Below the pieces are notes generated by a model. That model did no database searches, had not been told where the DNA came from, and worked only from the letters and a program-made list of their open reading frames with translations. A stretch of DNA of 64,000 nucleotides, taken from assembly GCA_052426225.1 (NCBI GenBank), contig JBNJNM010000007.1, positions 620,001 through 684,000 on the forward strand. Direction: 5' to 3'. The position numbers were made by a program, and so were the translations under genes. This DNA comes from Zancudomyces culisetae HAW-14-8. Lineage: Eukaryota; Fungi; Kickxellomycota. Within the stretch, counting starts at the first letter, position 1; each line of letters starts with the position of its first letter. Positions 1-13,236 of the stretch are shown piece by piece.

Positions 1-12
1 TTTATATACTTC

Positions 13-50
13 AACTCAGGGATTTGTCAGTTCGATCCTGGCAGAAGTCT
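13..50 (+). tRNA. 3' half of a tRNA gene, truncated by the window edge; probably intron-containing; isotype undetermined
   Basis: T-arm GTCAG-TTCGATC-CTGGC (26-42) pairs fully and has a B-box loop. It is followed by a 7-nt acceptor strand AGAAGTC and downstream T runs (Pol III terminator-like). The variable region is short. Confidence 0.65.
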
Positions 51-452
51 TTATTATTCTTATTCTTTTTATTATTAATACCACTAAAACCACACACTTT
101 TTCTATTTTAATATTATCTGATGTTTTAGCCAAAATTTAACTGCTTTTTAATTTTCTAATAAATTGTTACCAAAATTCACACCAACACCACAATACCCCA
201 CAAGGCTGTGGGGGGGGGGGGGGGTGCATGTTATCTAAAAACCAAAGTTATAATTTATCCATATATTCCAGCCCAATCTCATTTATAAAATTCTTGCCAT
301 GGCTTTGCTGGTTAAACTCGATTCCGCAACTTTTAGTTAAAAAGGGAACTGTATTAACGTAATTATTAACCAACATCAACCCTCAATTCAAAATGAGTAA
401 AACACTATGCTGTACTAGCTAATACGAGCATTAGTTGTGTTTAACCATATTA

Positions 453-2559
453 TCAACTCAGAAATGCTAGAGAGAAAGAGTTTCCAACTGATAGGTTTTC
501 TGGCAAGAATCGGAGATGTGTATTTGCAGAACCAGGTGCTTCGATTAAAATAGGATTGTAATGGTGGTCTGTAGATCCATTTCCTAGTATACCACAAAAG
601 TTATTCAGTCCCCATATGAACAATCTTCCAGCTTCTACAAATATTATAGAGATATATTCGTAATTATTAACGTAACTTAGTCAAAGTGTGGTTTCTTGAC
701 AAGAGTTAACAAAATTAGGTCTCATTTATATTAGTAACAGAAAAATCACTCACCATCAATAGCACAGCTATAATCTGTTGAGGCTTTAACAGCAACGATA
801 TTCCGAAGTCCTGGTATCCGTAAAGGAGTAGTGATGTGTGTTGTTTCTTCACCCAAACCCAGTGCACCACAACCACATACGTATACATGCCCGTCATCTA
901 GTTTTTCAGAAAACATATTAAGAAGTGTGAGTTAGGTAATTGTCAGTGATTGGGTTCAAAAGGGGATGTGAGGATAGATTGTTTTGAAATGCTGTATATT
1001 ATATATGTACACTACAACAAATGCTTACCATTTACAACCAACGAGTGGGCTCCTCCTGCAGCCGCAGATATAATCTTGCCAAACTTAAACTTGACTTTCT
1101 CTGCAGTTAATATCTATATTTGGTATTCGAATGTATACACAGAATCTTTTTTAGATATCCAGTACTTTGGAAATAAAGGGGGATTTAAGGAAGCAGCATA
1201 TACCTTATCGCGCTCACTGCCTAGCATATTGTTTCCATATTCACCATTCCCCCAACAAAAAAGCTCACCCGAATTTGTCAATGCAAAGGTAAAATCTGTA
1301 GAGGTGGAAATAGCAGAAATGAAATGGTCTTCAAAGCCAAGAACCTTGTTCGGTGTTGTAACGTTTTTTGTACATCCCGATCCTGGCTGCCCATCAGCTC
1401 CCCATCCCATACTGAAAACCTTCCCTTGATCTAACAATCATCCTTTAATTAGTATGGTTTTGTCATTAAAGTAATAAATATGTCAGAATTATATGGATGT
1501 TAACCTGTCAATAACACCGAGTGATCCATTCCTGCCTGGATTTGGATTATTTTTCCGTGCGATTCATTAACCTCCAGGGGTATATTCGTGCTTTCTCTTA
1601 TATTCGAGTCCCTCGAGTTGACCTCTCCTTCACCCAATTGCCCATACACGTTGCTTCCGGCAACGTAGACTTTATTTCTTTCTTCTACTATCAGTAAAGC
1701 CACAATGTTAGTGGATAGCTTATAGATGTGATTCAATAATAATAATCACATATTTAAAGGTATAGGGATAAATTTATATAAACAAGGTGTGTTTACTCGC
1801 TTCTTGAACAAGCAATAGCGTGTGTTCTCTGCCACATTCTATCTGAAGCACCTTGCCTGGAATTTCCAAATTAACAACTGAGGGGTTGTTGTTCGTTTCT
1901 AGTGACATACAACAATCGTTAAAAACATTTTTCTTTATAAATATACAAGTGTTCGAAATAAAGCTACAAGCGAGCTGTTCAACTATCGCATCGCTTTTTC
2001 TGTGTTTTAAGTAGCTGCTTTGTGGCAAATGACAAGTGACAAATGACTGAATGAAAAAAGTAATAATAAAAACTTACTAGTCCCGAGCTGAGAATATCCA
2101 TTTAGACCGAATCCCGATAATATCGATTTGTTCGCAATCTCATCATATATACTAACAAAACCATGGCCCACACCAACTCCCAAGCTAGTCAATGCCCCTC
2201 TTTCCAATTCCTATTGATAAAAACAATTATTTTCAAGTGTGTTGTTGCGCCAAATACAATGAACCCTGGTTCCACGATTTTAGTAAATCACAAGCTGTGG
2301 TCCGAGTTAAAAGAATGATCAGGCAAACCTTTTTGTAGCATTCTTTAAACATAGCGCTAAGCTCCAATGCGACTGGTTTTTTACAGCTACTTTCTTCTCT
2401 ACAGCCTATAAACGTATCGGCAAATTTTCCGCCTTTCCCCTTTTGAAATGCTTTGATATATCCGCCCCAACCCACCAATTCTGAGATTTTTCTGATTGAA
2501 TGCGAATTCATAGAAATCTTTGGTCTGATTTTGCGCAGACTCTCTTGCATAGCCAGCAT
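453..2559 (-). CDS. RCC1-repeat beta-propeller protein (RCC1L/WBSCR16-like, possibly mitochondrial), about 8 exons
   Basis: Spliced exons give successive RCC1 repeats: GFGLNGYSQLG, QIECGREHTL, GSNVYGQLG, QAGMDHSV, GWGADGQPG, WGNGEYG, AAGGAHSL, WGLNNFCGILG. GT-AG junctions keep the frame to a TGA at 453-455. Confidence 0.8.
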
Positions 2560-2989
2560 TATATTTTGTTGATTAGTATTGTTTGTTAGCCAAGTTACAA
2601 AATATTATAAGTGTGTTAAAATTAAGTTGTAAAACAGAAAATGATATCTGTGTTTATGTTGATTCACTGAGTTCCAGGATTTGCATTAATGAGATTAATA
2701 ACCAAAACTATTTGATCTGCTGATTTTAATTTATATTTTTTACTTGTGTTTATTTAGTGCCAAAAACAAATCAAAGCAAATATTAAGAAATGATCGTGAA
2801 GTGTAGCTGAAAGAAAGCTCAATTCATAAGGTTTATATCCTGGGAAAAGCTGCGATTCTCTGATAAGATAGAGAATCCGCTTATTGAATTTGTGGTTATT
2901 AACTTTTGTATTTGGGGAGGTTGTTATTGGAAAACTGTTGTGAAAATTGAAGATAGTTAGGAGATTTATAAAATGTTGGAGTGACATTT

Positions 2990-4180
2990 TTTTTTGGTCA
3001 ATCAGGTTCAAATTCAAACAGGTTTTTCTCCTCATCATTGTTTTTGTTGTATACTTTGTAGTACATCCGCATGTATTCTTTCCATCTCAAGAATAGTTGA
3101 AATGCGTTGTAGTTTTTTTCTGATAGTGCAGCCTCAGTTCTCGCTCTGAAAATATTCCAGATGGCTGATGCTAAAATAATTTTTATGTCTTTAATACGGT
3201 GCCTGATTTTCTGCACCCAGACATAATTTCTTCCCAATTGAAGTCGGTTTTTTCAATTTTCCTAATTTTTTTCAAGGTGTGATTGTCCAATAAATGTTTT
3301 ATTTTTCAGATTGGAAATTAAAAGGAAGAAACATTATTCCAAAAACTCATGATTCTACTACAGTCAAAGTAGATGTGTTTGATAGTTTCGGTTTCGTTTT
3401 TTTTACATATTTTACAAAACGAATTTTCTACGATCCAGTCCAACTCGATACTGTTTTCCCGGTTACAATTGCCCCATGTAAGATTAAATAAAGGTGAGAT
3501 TTAATTTTTTCTTCAACCTTTAACCTATTAATACTATTCCAACTATACATTTTACTGTTATCTGATACTATATCTAGTTTGTAATAGTTTGCTAGTATTA
3601 TATTAATTTCAATATTTCCTCAATGTTTAACAGAAAAAGGCATATGATTCGGAAAGTTCAATTAATTTTAAATGTTCCAAAAATCAAATGGTTAGTTTGC
3701 TTAGTCAATAGCTTTGTTTTGAAGTCTCTAATAAACTTAATATAAATAACCCTTGGTACTTTACTAACGAAACATGTTGTGGAACCTCTACTACCCACAA
3801 GAGGCCTGGGTTCAAAAAATAATGATTCGTAATTACTTCTTGAAGGTTTCCAGGGCACATGCTGTTGTTGGGGCCAAACCATTCGTTCAACAATAATGGT
3901 TTATTTCTCTGCTATGTTTACAAAATACGAATGTGAGAAATAACAACTTTATGGAAAATGCAAACAGTGTTTTTTTGAGTAGAGTACGTTTGAACAAACT
4001 AAGAATAACTTTATTCTTCTGAAACCGGGTTTATAACTTTGTACTTTAGCCGGAAATTCGAAATCATAAAACCGTAGAATCTTCCAATATTCAACATTAA
4101 AATGGATTTTTAATGATATTGTCATGAATATGACATGATAAGATTTTGAATTAGTATTATTACAATAATCATTCAAAAAC
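2990..4180 (-). mobile_element. Degenerate 3' end of a non-LTR (L1/Tx1-like) retrotransposon, zf-RVT region
   Basis: Minus-strand translation gives WNSINRLKVEEKIKSHLYLILHGAIVTG, then CKICKKNETETIKHIYFDCSRIMSFW (CCHC knuckle) and SAIWNIFRAR. It is broken by stops and frameshifts. Boundaries are approximate. Confidence 0.75.
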
Positions 4181-5046
4181 TCAATTTAAATGAAATATTT
4201 AGATAATTACTTTTAGTTACATGAGCAATATTATTAACACAAAACATAGTAATTAATTATAACTTGTTTATTACTTTAGAATATTGAATTATAATATATA
4301 TGTTTTTATTAGTTAAATTATACTTGTATATATAGAGTAATATTTTATCCTAAATAAAATCTTTTTCAAGCAAAACAGTAAATAAGGGACATTAGTTTAT
4401 TTAGTTGGGTCTATTTATAGATCCACTTATACAGATAGTTCAACCTTATTGATATCGACGTGAATTATTTTCTTAGCTTTATTTTAATAGATTAATCGAT
4501 ACAACCGAGTATTTAAAAAAGACCTTTGACTGATAATTAATACTGGCAAACAAATACTTGTATCTGGATAAATGGAAATTATAGTTTTATTTTAGGATAA
4601 ATTTCACCATAAAACAATTACGAAAAAACACTAAAGAAAGTATGTTTCCGAAATATGCAAACCTATAATCTTGCCTGTTTTTTATGGCTCTGCTTACAGG
4701 TGTGTAGTGGAACTTTTTATTGATATTATTTTTTTTTGTCTTGATTGGGTTTATTTAATAAAATGTACTCTTGTTAATTCCTAACTATCTCTGTACTTAA
4801 TAATGTAGTTGAAAATATATATAAAAGAAAAAATATGTTGTCCCTTCCTCTTGAGTCCTCTACCATCTCAATTTACAAAACCTACATTTGAGAATTTGTA
4901 TAAAAATCAGATTAGGATGGCCAGATGATGGAACTTCAATAAGCTGGGTTATTATGAGTGTGTAATTTTTACACATTCATAATTACTTCAGTTTGATCTA
5001 GGGTTTGGGCATATAGTGTGTCCAGTAAACTATTTTCCATCGCTCT

Positions 5047-5393
5047 TATAGCTGGGTCGTTTTTCTATTGTATTTTAGATTAAGTTTGTACACTTTTAAT
5101 CTGTATTCGTGTTTTTTGAATTCTTGTTCAGATTTCAGTTTCAACTTGTATCATAGGTACTCTAACAACGCAAATACACATGCTACTATACCCGGTATGA
5201 TTTACATACCGAAATAGGTATTAAAAAATGAAAGGCTCATGTTTTCAAATATAAAACCAAAAAAAAAAGTACTAATCAAGGTTTTAAAAACGCTATGAAT
5301 ATAACGTTTGTTAGCCTCTTTATCGTGGTTGATAATGATTTTTTTGTACCTGAGGTGGTTTCCATATTCAGTACTGGCGGTTGATGTTCTCAT
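5047..5393 (-). pseudogene. Possible decayed gene for a small membrane protein
   Basis: The frame of ORF 5202-5393 continues past TAA and TGA: FGM*IIPGIVACVFALLEYL*YKLKLKSEQEFKKHEYRLK, giving two hydrophobic stretches and a charged helix. No family recognised. Confidence 0.25.
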
Positions 5394-6319
5394 GACAGGC
5401 TGACACTAGGTACTACTTATTATTACTTGAAAATAGCTTATTTAGGAAAAGATAATATTTTATCGCTTAGCATTTCCAGGAGAAAAATAATGCCTTATAT
5501 ATAATAGTATAATACTAACCAAATAAACATATAATGCTATTATAACCTAAACATATCTGTAATGATAACTGTTATTTAAAAGTATGTTTAGTTTTATATT
5601 GGTTATATTACTCTAGTAATAAGGATAAATAAAATTAAGGATTTCTTTAGAATGAACTTTGAATCAGTAATAAAACACAAGTATCCAACATTAAACATGT
5701 CATTAACTTTGGATTCATATGATAAGCAAAGTGGCATATATCCCTTAATTGGTATGTTCACTAAAAAGTACGATAGTGCTCATAGGAGAACAAAAGGACC
5801 AAAGATACATTTTTTCTGTAGAACAAAGGCCGAAACCTTATAAGCCATTTTTTCAGTTGTGTGCCTCTTTATTCTAGAAAGGTATTTTTAGCTGATAAAA
5901 GTTGTAAATCAGCACGAAAATAAATGAAAAATAAAATATGATCAAGAGCTTATATTGGCAAAAAGATACAAATGGAACTTGTACTTGTGCGAACCACCTC
6001 ATCATGTCATAATGACAACACCCGATATTATACAAGTCTGCTTTGCTTTTCACAAACTAATCAACTGTCCGGCTAAATAAAAAGAGCCCAAACTTTTGAG
6101 CAAAGCAAAGCCAACCCCACATCAATATACACTGCACAATTTAACTATCAGCATCAATAACAAACGTATATGGTGGTCTTTATGATAAAAATAATAATTA
6201 GAGCAAAGTTAATTTCTAGTAAGCCCAAAAAAAAGGTAAATCATGTATATAACATATCGAATCATTCGAAAATAGGGGAGAAAGCTGAAAAGAAAAGCAG
6301 ATCTGAGAGAAGAACACCA

Positions 6320-7232
6320 TTAAGCAGCAAAAGCAAGTGTCCATAGCAAAGCTCCCGCCAAACCTAAACCAACAGACCATCCACGAGATAGTGGTGAGTT
6401 GAGGTTGGCGGAGCTGGTTGAACTGGATGAGCTGGATGAGCCGGCTGATTTGTTTGAGCTAGTTGAACTGGCTGAGCTGGCTGAGCTGGCTGATTTGCTT
6501 GAGCTTGTTGAACTGGCTGAGCTGGCTGAGCTGCTTGAGCTTGTTGAACTGGCTGAGCTTGTTGAACTGGTAGAACTGGCTGAGCTAGTTGAGCTGGTCG
6601 AACTAGTTGAAGGTATGGAAGAGGTGCTAGTGCTCGACGTAGAACTTGTGGTTGCACTAACATCAGAAGATGCTGCTTCGCGTGATACAGCAACATTTGT
6701 AGTCGCTGGCGACGCTTGGGGAAGAGCGGCGCCTGTGGACCCGTTTATAGTGAAGTAGTGGCTATAATTATATACGCCGTTTGCATCCTTCATTCCAATA
6801 GCATAGTAGTTTGAGGTTGGCAGATCGCTTGGAATAAACACGTTAACTGGGGATTGGTTGGGCTGAATATTGGAGGCGAGTGTCCCGAGATTTTGCATAT
6901 TGTCAATATCACTTCCGTAGTAGAGATATATGGTTAGTGGTGCGGCTACTGGAGCTCCATCAGGATTCCTATATAAGAAAAAATATAGTCAATGGTTGTT
7001 TATACTGGGTGTTTGTAAATTACCACAACTCTTTGGCGGGGAAAGTCTAGTATTACGCCCAAAAGCATGCATATTTACACAATAATAGCATAATGAGGAC
7101 TTACGAAAAGTAAACGGCTTGGTTTGATCCAGCAGCCCAGACCGATACATCGTATGGCTTGTCAATAGTCAGTTTTCCAAATGCGTGTCCGAGAAGGGAG
7201 ACAAAAACAGTAATAAATGTATTTACTCTCAT
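6320..7232 (-). CDS. Secreted Ser/Thr-rich GPI-anchored protein with a Kre9/KNH-like N-terminal Ig-like domain; 2 exons (7232-7105, 6968-6320)
   Basis: Signal peptide MRVNTFITVFVSLLGHAFG, the motif YAI...YNYSHYFTI, a Ser-rich repeat stalk and a hydrophobic C-terminus. The GTAAGT..TAG intron keeps the frame. Confidence 0.85.
6410..6610 (-). repeat. Imperfect 9-nt tandem repeat encoding the S-S-[AT] stalk
   Basis: Repeated GAGCTGGCT/GAACTGGCT/GAGCTTGTT units on the + strand. Confidence 0.85.
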
Positions 7233-8789
7233 TTTTCTTCTTGTTTGCGCTTATTTACCTAACACTAAAGCTAAAGGGGGTCGTATATGTAAATATATAA
7301 AGTGGTATTGAACTTTTTTCGAGAAAAAAATTAGGGTTAGGTGTTTCAACACACGTATATATAGGTACACTTGCCTTCGCATTTGAATAATTGTTCTTCG
7401 TTCCAAAACGTTCAGTTTTGATGATTTTACTAAATTCAGGATTGTTTTGTCTGAGGTGCTATTGAGATTTCACTTGTTAAAATAAATAGCCGCCAATTGC
7501 TATTTTAGAAAATATTTGCATTTACTATTGGAAAACGGATCGAAAGCTGACCCAATTAACTTACCAAAAATGATGGTAACACTAAAAAGATAGCGATTTG
7601 AAGTTAGCTAAGAGATAACGTCAATTATCTAAATTTATAAAGCTAATCGAGTTGGTAAATAGGGTTAAAGGGAGCAGGGAAATGTTGGCAATCGTTGCAG
7701 CTTTTACGTGGTAAACAGGAAAGCGAAGATTGAACTGTTTGGTTCAGACAAATAAAACTTTTGTATAGCGACTTTGCGAGTTTTGGTATCGCATCAGTAC
7801 CGTGTCAATAGCCATATCCAATACACCTTGTTTCACGTATAACTGACTAAGGCTTCTAGTTTCCCATGAAAAACGATATACTTTACGGATCTTGGTTCTT
7901 ATTTTTATGAACATATTTTTTCATTGTTTACATTTTTTAAATCTGCACATATTCTAATTATCATGGATTGTTAATTGATACAATACAAAATGGAAGTTAA
8001 TTAGCTTCTATATGAGTTGAGTGCTCATGTTTTATCACAACTGCGCGTAGTTTGCAGAACAAGCATTTCTACAAGAGTTTTACTCCGAAACCAAAAAAAA
8101 CAACGAAAAAAACAAAAAATTGCTAAATTGATAAATTGAGAAATAAACTTACCAATAACTTATGTAATCCACAGCAATAAACACCGAGTTTCACAATTTC
8201 TAGAATTAAGGTGATCCAAAATTGCGCTGGAATGAACCAGCAAATGTAAGCCTTGTTTAGTGAACATGCAACAGTTAAGATACACCAATCCATAAAAGAA
8301 ATTGTCAGCTTAGTGCTATATAAAGCGACCTTTTCCCGGTACTGAAACGTACTTAGTATTGGTGCTTGCTATATTTATATCGCAAGTCTCCATATATAAT
8401 GGAAATGGGCAGGTGTTTGCCCTAATCCCAGCGTTTTATTACACAAAAGCCTTTCATTGTGGTGTTTACCGGTACCCGTTTTCTGATAGGGAGTTCAGGT
8501 TGTTGTATTTCTAATCCTACGCCAAAATAAACACCGACATTGCGTAAGCGAATCATGGATAGACTTGTTTTTCGCATCACTCGTAATAATAATCAAAATT
8601 GAATAATGCCATTTTACTCTTGTTCGAGCAAGTTAAGCCGAACTTGCCAATCATCATGGCTATAAACATTAATAAAAGGAAATAAAATCCCATGATTTTA
8701 TGAACTACAACCAAATATGTTCATAAAGCGGCTCCCCTCCTAGTAGTAGCCAATTAGTGCACTAGCTTTTTGGTCCTGGCGCACATTTT

Positions 8790-9200
8790 GCAGAATTTTT
8801 ACTCCATGCAAGCTTCAGCTCTACCTCAGGTAAATCTCGTGGTAATGCCTTTTCTATATCCCAGTTTTTATATTTGACTGGTTATACTATGGCTAGTATT
8901 TACTTTTCTAATTCTGGGCGGGCTACTGACATCATGGCTACTTCCACACACACACACGCTAATGGCAACAGTAACTTTGTGCATTCAACCTTATTATCCA
9001 TGTATTAGATTTTCGCTACTATTTCCTAGATCTCAAAAGTCGCACTGTTTCCCTTCATCCATTAACATGTTTATTAATTCAAAATTGTAGTAGCTCGATG
9101 AGCTTTCCAGGTTCAACCATGCTATCAGTAGAGATTATATTACTCTAAGCAGCTTTAGTAGTTGGAGGACACTGTATTGCTCAAGTGTCTAGTCTACACC
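8790..9200 (+). mobile_element. Probable decayed LINE APE-endonuclease fragment
   Basis: Translates to SFSSTSGKSRGNAF...SNSGRA and later LVVGGHCIA, resembling the SRGVAI / DGR / GGDFN motifs of L1-type endonucleases. Heavily disrupted. Confidence 0.4.
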
Positions 9201-10000
9201 AAAACGCTATGCACTTGGGAGGGGGCGTTAATTTTCCATTTGTACTTGGAATACATTTGTTCAGGTATTCGGTAGTTTATTATAGAAGAAATATTAGCAC
9301 CACAGTTATACTTTACCTTTGCTGAAGAAGGATGTTATTGTGGTTTTAGGTTATCTGGTTTTGTTAGCAATTTTTATTTTAAAAAAAAAGTGTTATTACT
9401 TAGAATCAAACGAGATAGAAAAGTTTCATTTCGTGCTGCAAGCCTCACAAATTTGAGTATATCTAAACACATTACTACAAATATTACAATAGCTTTGTGA
9501 AACAAACTCCTGTTTATCATATAAATTGTAGTTACTTTTGTTAAAATATACATTATGTTGATAAGCGGACTTGGAAATACGAGTTTAGGGAAATTTTAAT
9601 GACACAGGTAATACCACCCTACCCTACCACATTTATAATAGGGCTCGTTTGGTATATCTTGCATTTGTCGCTCAAAAGATAGAAGCGGAGCTGATTTTGA
9701 ACTTCCCTGTTCTTTACATTTTACGTGTGAATGAGCAAATATCAGGTACCAAATTTCAACTTCAACAAATAATTGGCCAACCAATTAAAATGAAATACAT
9801 AATTATTGAATGAGCGAATAAAAGTAAAAACGCGGCAAAAACAACTATTGTAGTCAAAAATTGGAATATATATTCGTACCAGACAAAATTTTTTTTATAA
9901 CAGATTGAAAATAAGTAGATAGCTATAGCTAGAATACCAGATAGGACTTCCAAAAAGTTAAACATCGAAAAAACAACCATATACTAGATATTATAGCGAA

Positions 10001-10849
10001 ATGGGTACCGAAAGTGGAGAAAGCCAGGCAGAGATATTGAGAAAGAGAAGGCAACAACGTATCCTAAGATCCAAAGAGGATAGGCTAAAGAGCATCAAGC
10101 AATCGTTTGCGATCCCTGACGGAGATGAGACGGGAATGCACTCGCCGAATCCCATTGATCTTGAAAAAGTTAGAAATGCAACCTCTGAATCCGTTCATCA
10201 AATAGGTATTTTTTTTTCAGCCTCAAATAGATAACCAAAATTTGGTAATAAACGTTATACGTAGTAACTGACTTTAACTTAAATAATAGAGAAAGAAAAA
10301 AACGAAGAAGTCAAACACAAGGTGAAAGAAACAAAAGAAGTGGGAGAATCTCGCAGCAAATCCGTGGATAAAATAAAAAAATCTGATACAAGAGCTGCCA
10401 AACTGGATAAATCAACAAGAAATGCCGAAAGTGAACAGGTTTATAGCGATAGTGTTGTTCATCAAAGGAAGTTTTCCGTTAATAATGCATATAGGGAAAT
10501 TCTATCGCTGAGTCCATTACTGGTTTCTGTGTTATTTTTCTCTGTACGACTGTTATTCTACTCCAACTTTGAAAAAATAAGCGATTTTGCAGATACGGTT
10601 CGAAGATACTCAACAGGAGGTCCTGATTTATATTTTGACACATCGGACTTTAATTTCTATGTTTTTGGATATGTTATAGCGTTGGAGGTGGGGTTGAGTG
10701 CTTTGTATTTGGTAGGTTTCAGGCAAACAACCCCTGTGGGATTGATGATAAAATTAGGAGCGAATCTTCTTGGAAAACTCGTGGATGATTTTGCATTACT
10801 AACCTTTTTTATATTTGCCTCTAGCTTTTTCGTAACAGTGCTGTATTAA
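10001..10849 (+). CDS. GET2: GET complex subunit Get2/CAML-like ER insertase; 2 exons (10001-10205, 10290-10849)
   Basis: N-terminal basic motif RKRRQQRILRSKEDRLKSI and three C-terminal TM segments. The intron joins the two ORFs in frame. Confidence 0.7.
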
Positions 10850-11059
10850 ATATGAGTGTTTTTGATTTTTTTATAATAATAAAGGACTATAGACCAAAGT
10901 GTACAGGGCAAGTAGGCCAACGGTTTATTGAGTTAAACTTTGGGGGAAGTGTTGATGTTGTATTATTGTATTACAAAAAGCGTAAAATAGAAAGAAATAG
11001 AACATCTATGAACCAGCATCCAAATTTAAAGCACCACGTTTTTATTATTTGGAAAGTGT

Positions 11060-11721
11060 CTAGTTAAAGCTGGAATCTAGCCATTCCTGCGTTAAATCCT
11101 CCTTATCTCTGAGCTCAGTGTGCTATAGTTAAAAAAAAAACAAAATAAGTTTGCAAACACAAGATTGCTGAAATAGTGATATTTACCTTGTTTAATTCCA
11201 GTTTATTCTCAAAAACAAGCAACGAGCTTGAATAATACATTTTCAAGTCGTTCGAGGCAGTAATGGGTGTGTAGTATATGAAAACCAGCGGGTATGTGGT
11301 TCTTCCATCCCTTGTTAACTTCTTGTACCTCAAGAGAATGTATCTTGGTGAATCATCGGGCAATTCCTCAAGTAACTCCTCAAGCTTTATGCTTTTGAAT
11401 TTTTCATCGGGAACTATCGCATGCTTGCCTTTGTCAATCTTTGCTATTGGATAAATAAATACACAGATTGTAGTAATCCTAGAGCCATGTTTTCAGCTTT
11501 CAATTAGCTATAACCATCTGCATGCTATTTTATGTGTTACCTGTATATGCATCATAGTCTGATACAAACCTTGATTGAAAGAATTTTCTAAAATCCTTTA
11601 TAATTCCTTCATCCAATTCACAAGATATAGCCTAGTTAAAAAACCAAAAATAAACAAATGTAGTTCGAGTAGGGCAGAAACTGAGTGTCAATAGCATGAA
11701 GGATTAAATTCGACCTACCAT
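11060..11721 (-). CDS. GMF: Glia maturation factor (ADF-H domain), 4 exons; the first coding exon is ATG only
   Basis: Spliced protein MAISCELDEG...EELPDDSPRYILL..TRDGRTTYPLVFIYYTP...KMYYSS...ELRDKEDLTQEWL. Confidence 0.9.
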
Positions 11722-12198
11722 TCTGATCTCTGAAGAATTTTTTTTTGCAAACAAGTCTTTAAAGTCTTCCCAAGTCCTAAGGTATGTGGTTTTGAACTGC
11801 TCTAAAGATAGGTAAGCTAAACATGAATATATTTTACAACAGTGTAGTTTGTGTTCCCCTTTTATTAGCAGTACTTGTAGGCTCTAAATTGGAACACAGA
11901 AAATTACCCTAAGATCTGCGCGGAAACTGTACACCAATGATTAATTGGCTGGGTCAATAGTTACTTGATTTGTACTGCATCATTGGATGAAATGGTGTGC
12001 TTGGAATTACCCAACAGATTTTTGAATATTCAGCCAATCGCTCACTCGATAGAAAAGGGGAGTAATATAACTTTTTCCTTGGTATTATTCCCAAACTTGT
12101 TCACAAATTCAACAGAGTTAAAATATTAATGATAAATGCCAGTACATACGGATATCAGTAGCCGATACTAAAAAGTTGTTTTATTCCGGATTACAATA

Positions 12199-12832
12199 AT
12201 GTCAGATAGAAACGTAGAGATTCAAAAAAGGCCATTTCCTAAAAGCAAATCATATTTTAAAGATTGTAAATCATTTAGTTCTTACAAGTATTGCATCTAG
12301 ATTTAAATGACTGCCACAGCATAGTATTAACAGTTTATTTAATAATTTCGAATAGTGGAATTCATGATGTTTGGTTTTGGTGACTCTGCCAATCCCAATC
12401 CAGAGAGTGTCAAACTATTAGAAGAGATAATACTCGAATATATCAACGAAATTGTAAGTTCCATGGTGTAAATACCGATTTTTATATGTAAACAAGACTA
12501 GGTTTGGAATTCGCTGTATTCCATTAAATCATCATAAGTTTGTAGATTACACTCCCTTTTACAAACCTATGTTTTAAATGTGATGAAAAGCTATTAATCT
12601 CTTTTGAACATCATAGTGCATAAAAGCTGCCAAAGTTTCGGGAAAGCGAAGCAAAGTGTTGGTTGATGACTTTAAGTTTGTATTGAGAAAAGACCATAAA
12701 AAGCTGGCCCGTATCGAAGAACTCATCGCTCTGAATAAGGAAATCGAAAATGCTAAAAAGATGTTTAAGGATTCTGATTTTGTAGAGACAGAGGAGAATC
12801 CAACATTGAAGAAAGCCAAAACCAAGCCATAG
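12199..12832 (+). CDS. TAF13: TFIID subunit 13, 3 exons (missed by the ORF track)
   Basis: Spliced: FKDLEFMMFGFGDSANPNPESVKLLEEIILEYI-CIKAAKV..KVLVDDFKFVLRKDHKKLARIEELI, the TAF13 histone-fold signature. Confidence 0.9.
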
Positions 12833-13236
12833 CCTGAATCTTGAATAAATATCGCAGTATCCTGTTTTTTTACTTACAGGGGGGAAAAACTTACTACCTC
12901 ATATTTGTGTTGTGTATTCTATTGATACTTGCCACAGGGTGATCAGTAAAAAGGAAAAATAGCGTTTTTTTTTTTGAAAAAGCCAAAGCATTGATCAACT
13001 AGGCGCTTTTTTACTACAATATAGATCACATTTGTATATATAGTCATTTTTATCATTGCACTTGTTTTGTTGTCACTTTCTTGAAAGTGGGTTTTCTGTT
13101 TAATTCAGCCTTTCTTTAATTTCGATAAGATATTACGTACTATAAGGCTGTTGCCAAGCGGAGAAAAGCTAACTAGTGCAAGGATAAAACAATTTCTAAT
13201 GCCATTTATTAACAAATACTAGCACATTAACTGAAA

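Noticed and set aside
9-15. CTTCAAC read as a TCA anticodon loop (tRNA-Sec or opal suppressor)
   Set aside because: The preceding ATATA cannot pair with TCAGG, and there is no long variable arm. It is more likely the end of a tRNA intron.
196-224. CCCCACA/TGTGGGG hairpin with a G15 tract; other poly-G/C runs near 45660, 50000 and 54690
   Set aside because: Isolated homopolymers with no shared flanks and no supportable function.
600-620. Apparent frameshift in the last RCC1 exon
   Set aside because: A recount gives four G on the minus strand, so the frame is intact (WGLNN).
6364-6758. Glu/Leu-rich and Gln/Pro-rich ORFs
   Set aside because: Antisense or alternate-frame shadows of the Ser-rich repeat.
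7331-7341. TTAGGGTTAGG telomere-like motif
   Set aside because: Fewer than two units, so not evidence of an interstitial telomere.
9596-9980. Hydrophobic 72-aa and 62-aa minus-strand ORFs
   Set aside because: They start about 20 bp from the GET2 ATG in T-rich promoter DNA, with no recognisable motif.
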